Positions 13,101 to 23,547 are shown, counted from the first letter of the stretch. The stretch: 64,000 nucleotides of DNA from Amoebidium appalachense (GCA_963693365.1 CAVNZM010000012.1:1984001-2048000); one strand, 5' to 3'. The notes: generated by a model not told the origin, from the letters alone. Translations and numbers: made by a program.

Positions 13101-14840
13101 GCCTTAGGTGTGTATTGGGCTGTGTGCAAAGCATTTCGCGCTTACACCTATGGGGCTCCTTTCTTGTTACGAACCGACCACTCCAGCTTGACGCGCATTC
13201 TGTCTACCGGCGATGCACCGGAACCTGTTGTTGCAGGCTGGCAAATGGCGCTTTCCGCATACACATACGAAATTCAGCACAGGGCGGGCAAACACCACAG
13301 CAATGCTGATGGACTCTCTCGGCCATCTAAAGAAAATGCGCAACCAGGACCCGAAGATACTGAGCTGACATACCCCTCACTGATCGGCACAGTCTCGGGC
13401 TCGTCCACGGTGTTTGCGGTAACACGCTCCGCCGCAGCGACAGCGCAGGCACAAGCTGCCACCCACCCACCCCCAGCTGAACCCACGAAACCTAATACCA
13501 CGCCGCCAGAATTTATTCCCCCAAAAGCGGATGGACGAATGCCCACCTATGAACAGTATGTGTCAGCACAGAAGGCTGCTAAACACATTGCGAAAGTCAG
13601 GGCCTACCTGGAAAAAGCACCGGGCTACGAATTATTTGGCAACGAAATCGCGATGGAAGCTAGTCGCTGCACCATAGACAATGACCTTGTGTATGTGTGG
13701 GTCCTAGAACAGCGTGGCCCCCGCAAACCCAGCAAGGAACCACGAATTTGGGTGCCGTCTACGCTTGTGCGCCTCGTTTTGGCCGCATGTCACGACGCCC
13801 CAACCGCAGGTCACCTCGACGCAGCACGCACCTTCCACCGTGTTACCCAGATAGCATGGTGGCCACGTGTATGGCAAGACTCGGTGCAGTGGGTAACCAC
13901 ATGCAAAGCCTGTCAATACCGGAAGACACCCCGAATGCAAAAGAAACTACGAATTCACGATGGTTTTATCCCCACCTATCCCTTTCAATACGTGTCTATG
14001 GACATTACTGAGATGCCTACGAAATCTGATCTCAGAGTTTCCCTGTTGGTGTTTCTCGACCTCTTCACTCGCTGGCCGGAAGTGATTTTATTTCACAAAA
14101 CACCCACAGCCGAAGATGTGGCAAAGGCATTCGAAGACTCCATCTACTGCCGTCACGGTCGTCCGGAATTTTTAGTATCAGACAACGGCGCGAATTTGGC
14201 AGCTATGTTGGTCACAGATGTCTGTCGAGTGTTGGCTACAAAACGAATTTTTGCAAGTCCCTACAGCCCCCAGACCAATGGTGCCGTAGAGCGATTCAAT
14301 CGCACACTTAAGAATATTCTTGCCACTCTCGTGCAGGATAAACACCACGAATGGATTGACTACTTACCGCAAGTACTGTTTTCCTACCGCACCGCCTACC
14401 ACTCTTCCTTGGGGGACACGCCATTCTTCATGCTTTATGGCAGAGATCCGGTCGAGCCCCCCCGCCCCCCAATTGCGGCTTCATGTGGGATGGAGACGGA
14501 GGAACACCGTCGAGAACTACTGCAACGAGTGCAGTATGCCCGGCAAACGGTCACACGAATTATTTCTGAAGCTGCCCGTCGTAGTAAAATCACGGCTAAC
14601 AAAAATGCTCGTGAACCCACAGAACTCGAGGGTCTGGTGTTGAAAGCAGTCACAGACTCCACCACCGACCACAGTCTACCCACGGCACTCAGACCTAAAT
14701 GGGAAGGTCCGTATCGCGTCCTGCGGCGCGTTACCGACGCCCCCATGTCTTACGAAATTCAGCGGGTTGGGTCAACGGACACCGTTCGAGCACACGCACG
14801 TCACTTGAAGCCGTATTTTCCCCGTGACGACGTTGATATG
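10197..14840 (+). CDS. pol: Pol polyprotein (protease, RT, RNase H, integrase), interrupted by copy B
   Basis: VDSGA protease; PFG and YLDD RT; DSDAS/RTDH/ADGLSR RNase H; H-x6-H...CKAC zinc finger; SMDI, SDNG and VERFNRTLK integrase; PKWEGPY motif. Confidence 0.97.
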
Positions 14841-15300
14841 ACTACATTAAGGGGCGCGGCACCCCACGTTAGTGACGTCACAAAGTGTGACGTCACTAAC
14901 GCAGGGTGGCGCACCCCTTAGGATATGGCAGATATGCATATGGGATATGGCGATATGCAGTATGATATGGGTGTATATTGTGATTAGGATATGGATATGG
15001 GTATGGATATGTACAGGAGCACGTGCACACACTGTGTGTGTGTGCATAAACACGTGCAGAGCACGTGGATTTAATTAAAATATTAAAGGGAAAACGTGTC
15101 ATGTGTGCGCGTGCACGCACGCGCACATGCGACACGTACACGGTTCTGAGATCAAAGGAATGCGACGGTGTGCACAAGGCGGCCAATGAGAATTCGAATT
15201 CCGAATTCCTTGTACAAGGCGGCCAATAGTAATGCGGATGCACAAGGCGGCCAATGATAATTCAGTTCCAAAAAGCCAGTTGCCGCACAAGGCGGCCAAT
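14841..15300 (+). repeat. Left TIR of copy B (460 bp)
   Basis: Reverse complement of 43742-44201, one mismatch noticed. Confidence 0.97.
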
Positions 15301-15340
15301 CGGAGTTCAGGTTGGCACATTTTGGTTTAGGCGGCCAATA
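15175..15340 (+). promoter_or_regulatory. Cluster of (CA)AGGCGGCCAAT CCAAT-box motifs upstream of ORF1
   Basis: Five copies here; mirrored at the right end (about 43655-43870) upstream of pPolB. Confidence 0.6.
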
Positions 15341-15518
15341 AGGACACAGAGATTAAGGATTTCGGTCCTCATTGGCCACAAGCGCACCCAGCATGTCGCC
15401 GCTGTGTACATAAGCATCCGCACACAGGCAACATCACACCAAGCAAACATGAGCCATACGTACACAGTTGAGGTGCACACCACAGTCACGTTCACCACAC
15501 CCCCCAAACAACAGCAAA

Positions 15519-16433
15519 ATGGTCAAGCCAACCCTGCTGCGTCAAACGACTGGTCTGTCCACCGTCAAAAGGACCAGCATCGCCGCGGCAAGCAGTGGCA
15601 AAGAAAACACCAACAACAGTGAGGGGCCCAAGATGGTGCAGTACAAGGAGGTGTTCCTCAACGGTGTGGGCAAGGCCACCATGGGCGCACCCTGGGTGAT
15701 GAACGACGTGTTGGCCGTGCAGCTGTACAACCTGCCCAACATCAACATCAACGGGCAGATGCTCATCGAGTTGGTCCCCAGCACGGTTGCCTGGGATGCC
15801 AAGCCCACCATTAGGGTCAAGTCGCAACGCCGCCCTGAGCCCTTTGAGGTGGCCTACGCCGTTGACCTGTGGCCCTACGTGTGCAGCATGGCCAGGGACG
15901 TGTTGTGGATGCACAAGGACCACGAGATGCTCAAGGGGGTGGACGTGGACACCGTGCCTGTCAAGACCAGCAGCAACCTGTGGTCCAGGCACACCCCCAG
16001 CCTGTACGATGTGCTGGGTGCCGACCCCGTCGGCAAGGAGGACATGGTGGAGGCACTGGGCGGCACCTACTTCAACGTGACGTTGGAGCTCCCCAACCCC
16101 CTTGGCCGCAACCCCTGCCTCTTCAAGCTGGGCAACAACGCTGCCTCCATCGACGAGTTTGTGGAGTTTATGAACTCCCAACGTGCCAAGTGCCGTGAGG
16201 TGACTGCCTGGGTGTCTGCAGCTGCCACCAGCGTCATCTACAACAAGAAGAACAACACTGTGCGTACCAAGCTCGTTGCCCGCAAGGTTCAGGTGTTTGA
16301 CTTAGATGGCCTGATGGAGTTGGTTGGTGGTGAGGGGGGCGAGGGGGAGGGGGGTGAGGTAGACTTGGGGCAGGCTAAGCGTGCAGGCACGCCCATGCCC
16401 GGTAATGACGATGCCAAAATGCTCAGAATGTAA
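15519..16433 (+). CDS. ORF1, 304 aa; possible OB-fold ssDNA-binding protein
   Basis: Intact ORF with strong GC3 bias. Beta-strand-like C-terminal segment EVTAWVSAAATSVIYNKKNNTVRTKLVARKVQV followed by an acidic Gly/Glu tail. Function is inference. Confidence 0.7.
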   Translation: MVKPTLLRQTTGLSTVKRTSIAAASSGKENTNNSEGPKMVQYKEVFLNGVGKATMGAPWVMNDVLAVQLYNLPNININGQMLIELVPSTVAWDAKPTIRVKSQRRPEPFEVAYAVDLWPYVCSMARDVLWMHKDHEMLKGVDVDTVPVKTSSNLWSRHTPSLYDVLGADPVGKEDMVEALGGTYFNVTLELPNPLGRNPCLFKLGNNAASIDEFVEFMNSQRAKCREVTAWVSAAATSVIYNKKNNTVRTKLVARKVQVFDLDGLMELVGGEGGEGEGGEVDLGQAKRAGTPMPGNDDAKMLRM

Positions 16434-16674
16434 TGACACACGACTGTATATTGAGAACATATTTGTCTGCGGGTGATTGCCACGAAATAAACGGTCAAAA
16501 AAACTTGTGTTTTTGGGGAAAAACGAACACTGTGAGCTACGTGACCGACTTGACTTGTGGCGCAATGAGAGGGAGTGTCAAAGACTTGCGCAAGTATGAG
16601 CCGATGAAATTTTGCGAATTTATCTCCAGGAATGCCCAGCATGTCGTTTTTTCTTCTCTTTCCCTTTCTTTCTC

Positions 16675-16757
16675 AAAAAAAAACTTGAAAATCCTTTTCA
16701 ATCATCTCTTTTCGTAGAAAAAAGTCTTTTAAAGTTTTTGTTACCGTAGTAGACAAA

Positions 16758-16806
<49 letters not shown>

Positions 16807-16908
16807 CTCGTTTCCTTTCGTTAGTTTTGTGAAAAAACTTGAAAATCCTTTTCAATCATCTCTTTTCGTAGAAAAAAGTCTTTTAAAGTTTTTTGTTACT
16901 TAGACAAA

Positions 16909-16963
<55 letters not shown>
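16675..16963 (+). repeat. Two tandem ~155-bp AT-rich units each ending in (CA)n
   Basis: AAAAAACTTGAAAATCCTTTTCAATCATCTCTTTTCGTAG occurs twice; the same duplication is in copy A at about 45750-46030. Confidence 0.9.
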
Positions 16964-16966
<3 letters not shown>

Positions 16967-16986
16967 CTTAGGGTCAGAAAGCAATC

Positions 16987-18029
16987 ATGCCTCCTCGTCG
17001 TAGACAACCCACTTCTCGTTTCATGAGAAAGGCAAAAAGCCCAACCAAGTTTGACCAATTTTTGAACCTCTTTTGTGTTGCGTACGTGGCTGTTTTCAAC
17101 GCAGCATACGAGTACATTCAGTACATCACAAAGGGTGATTGGGCCCAGCGCCCACGTTGTCCCAACCTGGTGGAGTGCTATCATAACTGGGCAGAGGCTG
17201 AGGAGACACTTATCGAGGCAAACGTTGCAGAGAAGGACGAGATTCTGGAACGTGAGCGTCTGATTAGTGCCATACAGATTGGCGTTGTGTCATGGTCATT
17301 CTCGCAGAAGGAGGCCCTACCGGGGGTTCTAAACGAGGTTTTTCATACGGACGTGTTTAAGTGGGACTGCAAGGACGGGGTGTGGTCGGTCGGCATCGCT
17401 GTGCCTGTGTATGACACCGGTATGGATGATGGTTATGGCGAGGCCGAGTCGATCTTTAAAGACCGTGACGACACGTTCACTTTCACCCGCAAGTGCTTCG
17501 ATTTCATGCAGGGGGTGGTCAACATACTCGAACGGGCCGGGAAGTTAGATTTGATGCTACACCAACACGTCATCGACACCTACACCGACACCATGGATAT
17601 TTGGGGAGCAGCATGCAAGTACAAAAAGTTTATCAATGGAGAGTGGTTTGCCCCCGTCATACCCATGTACGACTTCTACCCGGCATCCAGACAGGAGAAA
17701 CAGGTGGAATTGGGTAGAGAGACGGTCGAGAAGGTCATGGATGCCCTCGAGCTACTTACCCATGGACACGTTGCCTACCCCCGTGACATTATGGACCTGC
17801 TGAACGAATGCATCGGCATACCTCAGCTGTTTAGTGTGGTTTACGAGAGAGTCAGCAAGAGCACACGGTATGCTAAAAAACGCCCCAAATTCCAGAATTC
17901 TGTGATGAGAAAGACGGAGTATGTGTCGGTGTGGACCCTTATACTGGCAGCCCCACCCGAAAGCCCCAACGCACCCACCGAGCGCCAACCCATCACACTG
18001 CAGAAATTAATGCTTAAAGATGGGGAGTA

Positions 18030-18030
<1 letters not shown>
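16987..18030 (+). CDS. Hypothetical viral protein, 347 aa
   Basis: ATG-initiated ORF intact in both copies; basic N-terminus. Confidence 0.8.
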
Positions 18031-18065
<35 letters not shown>

Positions 18066-18357
18066 CACACATGCACATGCACACTTAAATCGTTGTCTTC
18101 TTAGGCACACACACGTGCAGGCACACGTGTGCAATGCACCGCAGTAGTCTTGGGTTTGTACTCAGCTTGTTTTTCGTAAAAATAAAAGTTTATTTTTGCC
18201 GTCGATTGTCTTTGTAAAAAAGAAAAAACGTGGAAATAAAGGGCTCTGCCCATTGTCTTCACAAAAAAACGTGTCTATGGTCATGGACGAGCTGAGAGGG
18301 TAAAAAACGTATAAAACGTGCAAGTATAGGGCACAGCCCTGCACGGTCACCCCTAAC

Positions 18358-19479
18358 CTAACCACTTAGGTAGATGACGTCGCTGTTCACAGTCTTGAGG
18401 AGGGAAGAAGTACGGGGCTTAGACACCTGGACCCCACCGTAGAAGTAGCGAGCACCGTGGGCCATCTTGTTGTTGTTGTTGTTGTAGGTGATGTTTCTGT
18501 TGCAGCTGCTGCAGATGGTGTAGAGGGGGGCACGGTTCTCCTTGTGATCTGGGGCAAGCTCCGGGACAGACTTGCGCCGTGACGGGGCCTCCTTGGCAAT
18601 GTTTTTCTTGATCAACCCTGCAAAGTGAATCTTTTCACCTAAACCACACGCACGCTCCTCTGCAATAGTGCGCAGCAGGGCCTGCATTTCATGCAGGATA
18701 TCCAGGGGAACCCCTTTGAAGATGGGTGTGGACTTTAACTTGGCAGCCTTGGCAGTGGCCACCATGGCCTGCAGGAATCCTACAAGAACATGGGCCAGGA
18801 GGTGCACAAGCTCGTCCTCACGGTAGGGAGACACAGTCCCTGACTTGCACATAGCGGCAATGGGCTGCCAGCCGTCCTCTACCTGGTGCATGTACCTGTG
18901 GATGTAGTCGCCAACCAGCTGAGGATCTGTCTCGGCCTTGTACCTGATAGACCTGTCGTGCTCGTTGAACAGTGGCAGGAGGAGGTCTACCACAGCAGCC
19001 GCCACCCCCTTGAGCATGAGGGCGTTGCGGCACGCGAGTGTTAGCTTAATCGAATCGGTGTGCAAGTCTGCCAGGTCTGCCAACCCACGTACGTTGTCAC
19101 GCAACAGTGCCTCAGGCAGCCACATCCCAACAAAATCGTTGTGACCAGCGAAGCGTTTCTGGAAGTAGACTTTCCCCCCTGGGTTGTAACCAGCCTGGAA
19201 GAAGCCATCAACCGTGGCGGGATGGAGGTAGGCCGAGTTCTCCACAACACCGGGCTGTGCAGCATACCCCTCAGCCAGCGTGCGGTGGAGCTTGTAGAAG
19301 GGGTCAGGAACAAGGGCGGAAACATCTATGTCGGCCCAGGAGAAGGTGCGTAGATCATTGAAACAAGGATAGCCAAAGGATGTGACCATGGGTGTAGGTA
19401 CAGAAAGGGCGGATGCTGCAGCAGCCTGAGCAACAGCTGTGCCATTGCAAAGAGGGGGTAGGGGAGAGAGAGGGTTCAT
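18358..19479 (-). CDS. Hypothetical viral protein, about 373 aa
   Basis: Long ORF from MNPLSPLPP; homolog in copy A is split by an LTR element. Confidence 0.8.
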   Translation of the reverse strand: MNPLSPLPPLCNGTAVAQAAAASALSVPTPMVTSFGYPCFNDLRTFSWADIDVSALVPDPFYKLHRTLAEGYAAQPGVVENSAYLHPATVDGFFQAGYNPGGKVYFQKRFAGHNDFVGMWLPEALLRDNVRGLADLADLHTDSIKLTLACRNALMLKGVAAAVVDLLLPLFNEHDRSIRYKAETDPQLVGDYIHRYMHQVEDGWQPIAAMCKSGTVSPYREDELVHLLAHVLVGFLQAMVATAKAAKLKSTPIFKGVPLDILHEMQALLRTIAEERACGLGEKIHFAGLIKKNIAKEAPSRRKSVPELAPDHKENRAPLYTICSSCNRNITYNNNNNKMAHGARYFYGGVQVSKPRTSSLLKTVNSDVIYLSG

Positions 19480-19748
19480 GTTTAAAAAGTTCGCTGTTTG
19501 CAAAAAAGGCAGGCTAGAGTGGCTTAGAATAAAGGAAAAATGTTTGAAGAATGGACCGTTTGCAGGTGGTTTTTTGTGCCCTCCGGCACACATGCTGCCA
19601 TTGCTCCAAACTTTGGTGACTCGCGTTGCACTAGGGGCCAATCAAAGCGCAGGAAGGCTACCAATGGAATGAAAGTCAACAAACCTTATTGGTTCCTCGC
19701 ACCGCCCGCCAACGGTGTTTCCTGTGTGCACTTACCATATATGGGTTT

Positions 19749-20363
19749 TCAATTAGCTCTGCGACCCGAGACGTGTGGCGGCCTTGCCGGTGGCCAGACG
19801 TAGGGTTTGCCACCCACAAGCACCTGTGCACCACCCCCTCCGCCCCCTCTCCACTCATAACCACCACCTGTGTGCGGGCGTGTACCCGTGGGCACACTCC
19901 CCCCACCACCACTACTGCCTGCAGCGTTGTATGGACCATAACCCGCAGCATTCTGTGCAGTGTGTAGCATATAGTTACCCGCGTCCCTTGTGCCATTCCT
20001 CAGTGTCTTCCACGCGCTGAACGAGCCATTCTGGATCCCCTGACCCACATGCTGTGTGCCCTGCAGGGCGGCATCGCCTGTGGCACGTGCGGCCCCTTTG
20101 AGCCCCTTGAACGCTGTCCCCCCCACCTCCCCGGCCTTTTCTGCACTGTAGGTGGCTGCATCTGCTGCCTTGTTGTACATGTAGTTACCCACCCCCCTTG
20201 CTATGTCCCCCTTGTGTTTCCACGCATAATACCCCCCTGCCCCCAAGGCAGCACCGCCTGCCAGAGCCCCCACCCACTTAGCCACCTCTGACGCCTTGTT
20301 TGGTTGGTTTTGCACGTAGATGACGCGCGTGTTTCCGTTCCTGCCTCGCGATGACACACCCAT
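19749..20363 (-). CDS. Gly/Ala-rich protein with one hydrophobic segment, 204 aa
   Basis: CACCATG start; WVGALAGGAALGAGGYYAW; intact in both copies. Confidence 0.75.
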   Translation of the reverse strand: MGVSSRGRNGNTRVIYVQNQPNKASEVAKWVGALAGGAALGAGGYYAWKHKGDIARGVGNYMYNKAADAATYSAEKAGEVGGTAFKGLKGAARATGDAALQGTQHVGQGIQNGSFSAWKTLRNGTRDAGNYMLHTAQNAAGYGPYNAAGSSGGGGSVPTGTRPHTGGGYEWRGGGGGGAQVLVGGKPYVWPPARPPHVSGRRAN

Positions 20364-20432
20364 GGTGGTGGTGTGGCTTGCACTTTTACTTATGTGGGCA
20401 TATTATTTTTTATTGCCAGAGTCATGTTCCTG

Positions 20433-20702
20433 CTAGCGCACGACCCTGCCATGTGCACGCCTGAGTGCTGCAAAGGTAGGACGTCTCCGGGTACTAGGAG
20501 CACGGTTGCCTGCTGAGGAGCCAGCCACAGTGGTTGGTTTAAGGAAAGAAGGGTGGCGTGTGTTGCGTGGACATATACTGTCTGCAATGGATCTTGCCAT
20601 GGCCTGCTGGCCATAAAAGCTAAAGTCTGTGCGCGTGGCGTTTGACGTGCGCTCAGTGAGGGGTTGAAATTGGTCATTGAGCACAACTTGGTAGGTGGCC
20701 AT
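20433..20702 (-). CDS. Small basic protein, 89 aa (possible core protein)
   Basis: CACCATG start; Arg-rich C-terminus; conserved in copy A. Confidence 0.6.
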   Translation of the reverse strand: MATYQVVLNDQFQPLTERTSNATRTDFSFYGQQAMARSIADSICPRNTRHPSFLKPTTVAGSSAGNRAPSTRRRPTFAALRRAHGRVVR

Positions 20703-20752
20703 GGTGGTGTGCTGGTACCTTATACACTCTACCACACATTTTTATGATCTGG

Positions 20753-21298
20753 CTAGAATTCCAACCCCAGCACACCCCCTGTCTTTGAGCTGCGCGGGTA
20801 TGTCTCAGGCACCCACGACACTACACGTGGGCCACCCACTGGCTGGGGCTCTGTAAACAGAAGCAGGCACACGCCCTCTGGTGATGGTCTCTTGAACCCC
20901 TCAAACTTGACCCTGCCCCGCAAAATGCGCACCTCTGCAGCGTACCTAAACGCCAGGTCATGAAACCAGCGTGCCTCTGTGCGTGCAGGTACAAGCAGTA
21001 CGCTCTTTCTACCCTTTGACATGTACATCTGTATGGCCTTGCGTATGAAGGGGGAAATATCGGAGAACGGTGGGTTGACATAGTTGATTTTCTCGCTGGA
21101 CCACACACTGTCATCTGTGAGTGCGCAAGGGTCCTCCCCCTCTCGCCAGGTGATGGGGCAGGGGTCATTGAGTGTGCCAAACTCTTTTTCAAGCGCTTCC
21201 AGCAGCCATGCAGGCGTCTGCACCTTGTCTGTGTCCACACCGGTCCTCCTCTTGTCCACCGTCGACTTGTACACTCCGCAGCAACTCCCAAGCCCCAT
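20753..21298 (-). CDS. Phage Dam-type DNA N6-adenine methyltransferase
   Basis: QTPAWL...LNDPCP, YVNPPFS, VLLVPARTEARWFH and RILRGRVKF motifs. Confidence 0.9.
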   Translation of the reverse strand: MGLGSCCGVYKSTVDKRRTGVDTDKVQTPAWLLEALEKEFGTLNDPCPITWREGEDPCALTDDSVWSSEKINYVNPPFSDISPFIRKAIQMYMSKGRKSVLLVPARTEARWFHDLAFRYAAEVRILRGRVKFEGFKRPSPEGVCLLLFTEPQPVGGPRVVSWVPETYPRSSKTGGVLGLEF

Positions 21299-21615
21299 GA
21301 TCACACAGTCCCGCACCTGTGTGCTGTGAAAATTTCGCGGGCCACGGACCGGGCCGGATCCTGCCGGGTCCGGGTCGGAGCGGGCCGTAAATGGGTCGGG
21401 TGGTCCGCAAAGGGCAGATTCGGGTCAGGACCAGTGGTCCGCACATGGAGGATTAGCCTGATTTGGCAGGTGACCAAATAGGGCTAGTTTTGATGGTTGC
21501 GGGTTGGTGGGGCGTCGCCTGTTTGTGCAAACATTCCATTAAACCAATTTAAAACATAATTGCGGTCGCTCATTGGTGGGGAGTCTCTGTTTTTTTCAAG
21601 ACATGGGAGGCTGCC

Positions 21616-22935
21616 CTAACGGCGTGCGTGCCTTTCACTGCGACGCAGACCCACTTGCTCCGGTTGATGTTCAAACGCGAGTTTTTTCCGTTCCCGTGCC
21701 TTGCGTTCTTCTTTTTCCTTTTGGATTTGTCCACGTGTGCCCTTTCGGGGCACCAGCTCACGGCCTTCAAACGCCAGCTCTTCCACGGCTTTTTCCTTGG
21801 CTGTCTCCTTACGGGCTTTACGCATCTCGCTGCTGTGCGGTACGGGCACACTGGTAGGTGGTACCTTCTTCAGCATGGTGTCTGGCCAAGCGTAGCGTAG
21901 GCCTGGCGTGTGTCTCCTCATCTCCCCTGTGGCTGCGTTGCGTAGGGCCCACCCACTTGCATCCTTGTAGGCAAGCGTGTAGACGTCCTTAGACCAGTTT
22001 CTGCCTTCTTTTTCAAACGGTCCCTTTGGTTTCTTGAGTGCACGTACGTGCACACCCGCTGTGTGGCCCATCCTTTCACGTAGCTTACGCTTCTGTTTCC
22101 TGTTCTCCAGCCACGTGTTGATGCTGTTCCACCGTTCTGCCCGCTGGGTCATGCTGTCGGGGTCTCTGCCTATGGAACCATGGTACGTATCGTTGTAATC
22201 CTCCAGCACGTCTTCCAACCCTTCCCCTATCCACTTGCCCGTGTTGTTGGTCTCCATGTACTTGGTCAGTCCTTGCTTTAGAGTACGGTGGAACCGTTCC
22301 ACCATGGCTACATTGCGTGGTTTTCTGCCTGGTTTTTGCGGGAGAATGGTGATGTCATTGTCGCCGTAGTACTTTTTCATGGTGTTGCTAAGAAACTCCG
22401 TGCCCTTGTCCGTAAAGATTTGCTTCACCTCTGTAGGTTGTAGGTTTTCCTCCCCCTCGTTGCTTTCGTCCTTCATCTCCTTGATTGTGTGTAGGGCCTT
22501 ATCCACTGCCCTCCTCATCTCTGGCCCGTTGCTGATGGTGAGGTGCTCACTCTTCCCGGTCCCCGAGCTCTTTGTTTTTATGGGTACGACTGTTGCTTGC
22601 CGCGTGTTCATGTCAATCACACTCAATCCCCCCTTGTACCCCCTGTTTGCCTTTGAGTAACGTGGCATGAAAAACAGGTCGGCTGCCACACTGTTTGGCC
22701 GTGCTGTTGTGGTGAGGTAGTCCTTCCTCTTAATCCTATGGGGGGCCATCACCTCCGTGAGGGACTCCTGCAGCCCCGAGTGTCTCCTGGACAGGTAGGC
22801 ACGCACGGCCGGTTGCCCCACCCTCTTGTCTTTTGCTTTTGCACGATGCCATAGGGCTTGTACGGAGGGGGGGAGCTTGAAGGTGTCGTAGGTTTCATCA
22901 ATCACCTGCTCAATGTCCTTCCCGTGGGCCACCAT
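21616..22935 (-). CDS. Retroviral-like (RVE) DDE integrase, 439 aa
   Basis: AADLFFM (D), FTDKGTEF (D), VERFHRTLK (E), YNDTYHGSIG. No C-terminal chromodomain seen. Confidence 0.93.
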   Translation of the reverse strand: MVAHGKDIEQVIDETYDTFKLPPSVQALWHRAKAKDKRVGQPAVRAYLSRRHSGLQESLTEVMAPHRIKRKDYLTTTARPNSVAADLFFMPRYSKANRGYKGGLSVIDMNTRQATVVPIKTKSSGTGKSEHLTISNGPEMRRAVDKALHTIKEMKDESNEGEENLQPTEVKQIFTDKGTEFLSNTMKKYYGDNDITILPQKPGRKPRNVAMVERFHRTLKQGLTKYMETNNTGKWIGEGLEDVLEDYNDTYHGSIGRDPDSMTQRAERWNSINTWLENRKQKRKLRERMGHTAGVHVRALKKPKGPFEKEGRNWSKDVYTLAYKDASGWALRNAATGEMRRHTPGLRYAWPDTMLKKVPPTSVPVPHSSEMRKARKETAKEKAVEELAFEGRELVPRKGTRGQIQKEKEERKARERKKLAFEHQPEQVGLRRSERHARR

Positions 22936-22956
22936 GGTTGTTTCTTGTGCTTCCTA

Positions 22957-23547
22957 CTAGTCGGTCGACACTTTCTCCTTTGGGATCCTTCTTGGTCTGC
23001 GTGCAGCTGTGGTCTTTTTGGCTGTCTTTTTGGCCTTGGGGGCAGGGGGTGGTTGTAGCTTGATGGGGTGGTCGGGCATGAGTGGCCGGGGGTGCAATGG
23101 TGTGATGTCCTGCTCCGTGTCTGTGCTTGCGGGTACATCCTCATCGTCGTCGAGTAGTGTGAGCACGGAGGGTTGTTGCTCTTGGAGTGGTGGGGGAGAG
23201 GCGGGAGGGGTGGGGAAGGCAAAGAGGGGCTCATAAAGGGGTGTTGGGGAGAGGGCGTCGTGGGGAAAAGGGGTGTCTGGTCGGGGAAAGTGGGGGGGAA
23301 GAGAGGGGAAGGGGGAGGGGGTGGGGTACTCTTGCAGTAGCACGTCCCTTATGGTGCTTGCATGCTCTTTCAACCACTCTGTGAAGGATTTCCACTCTAG
23401 CCCCTGCTCTGTGCACACTAGCATGTCCCCTTCCTTGGGTCGGTATCTAGGAAAGACAAGGGTATAGGATTCGGTCGATGAGTGGGCTTGCACACCCACG
23501 TACTCTCCCGATCGCGTGAGCAGATTGAGTCTGTGTACGTTAGACAT
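22957..23547 (-). CDS. Pro-rich protein with fiber-like N-terminal module, 196 aa
   Basis: YVGVQAHSSTESYTLVFP motif shared with the 25817-26359 and 26378-27859 proteins. Confidence 0.7.
   Translation of the reverse strand: MSNVHRLNLLTRSGEYVGVQAHSSTESYTLVFPRYRPKEGDMLVCTEQGLEWKSFTEWLKEHASTIRDVLLQEYPTPSPFPSLPPHFPRPDTPFPHDALSPTPLYEPLFAFPTPPASPPPLQEQQPSVLTLLDDDEDVPASTDTEQDITPLHPRPLMPDHPIKLQPPPAPKAKKTAKKTTAARRPRRIPKEKVSTD

Noticed and set aside
15188-15210. Heat-shock element in GAGAATTCGAATTCCGAATTCC
   Set aside because: Spacing does not fit alternating nGAAn pentamers.
15175-15340. CRISPR-like array of GGCGGCCAAT repeats
   Set aside because: Repeats are about 13 bp, irregularly spaced, inside or beside a TIR in eukaryotic DNA, with no cas genes.
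20753-21298. Bacterial or phage contamination suggested by the Dam methylase
   Set aside because: The gene is embedded at the same position in both TIR-bounded viral copies, among genes with eukaryotic CACCATG-type starts.
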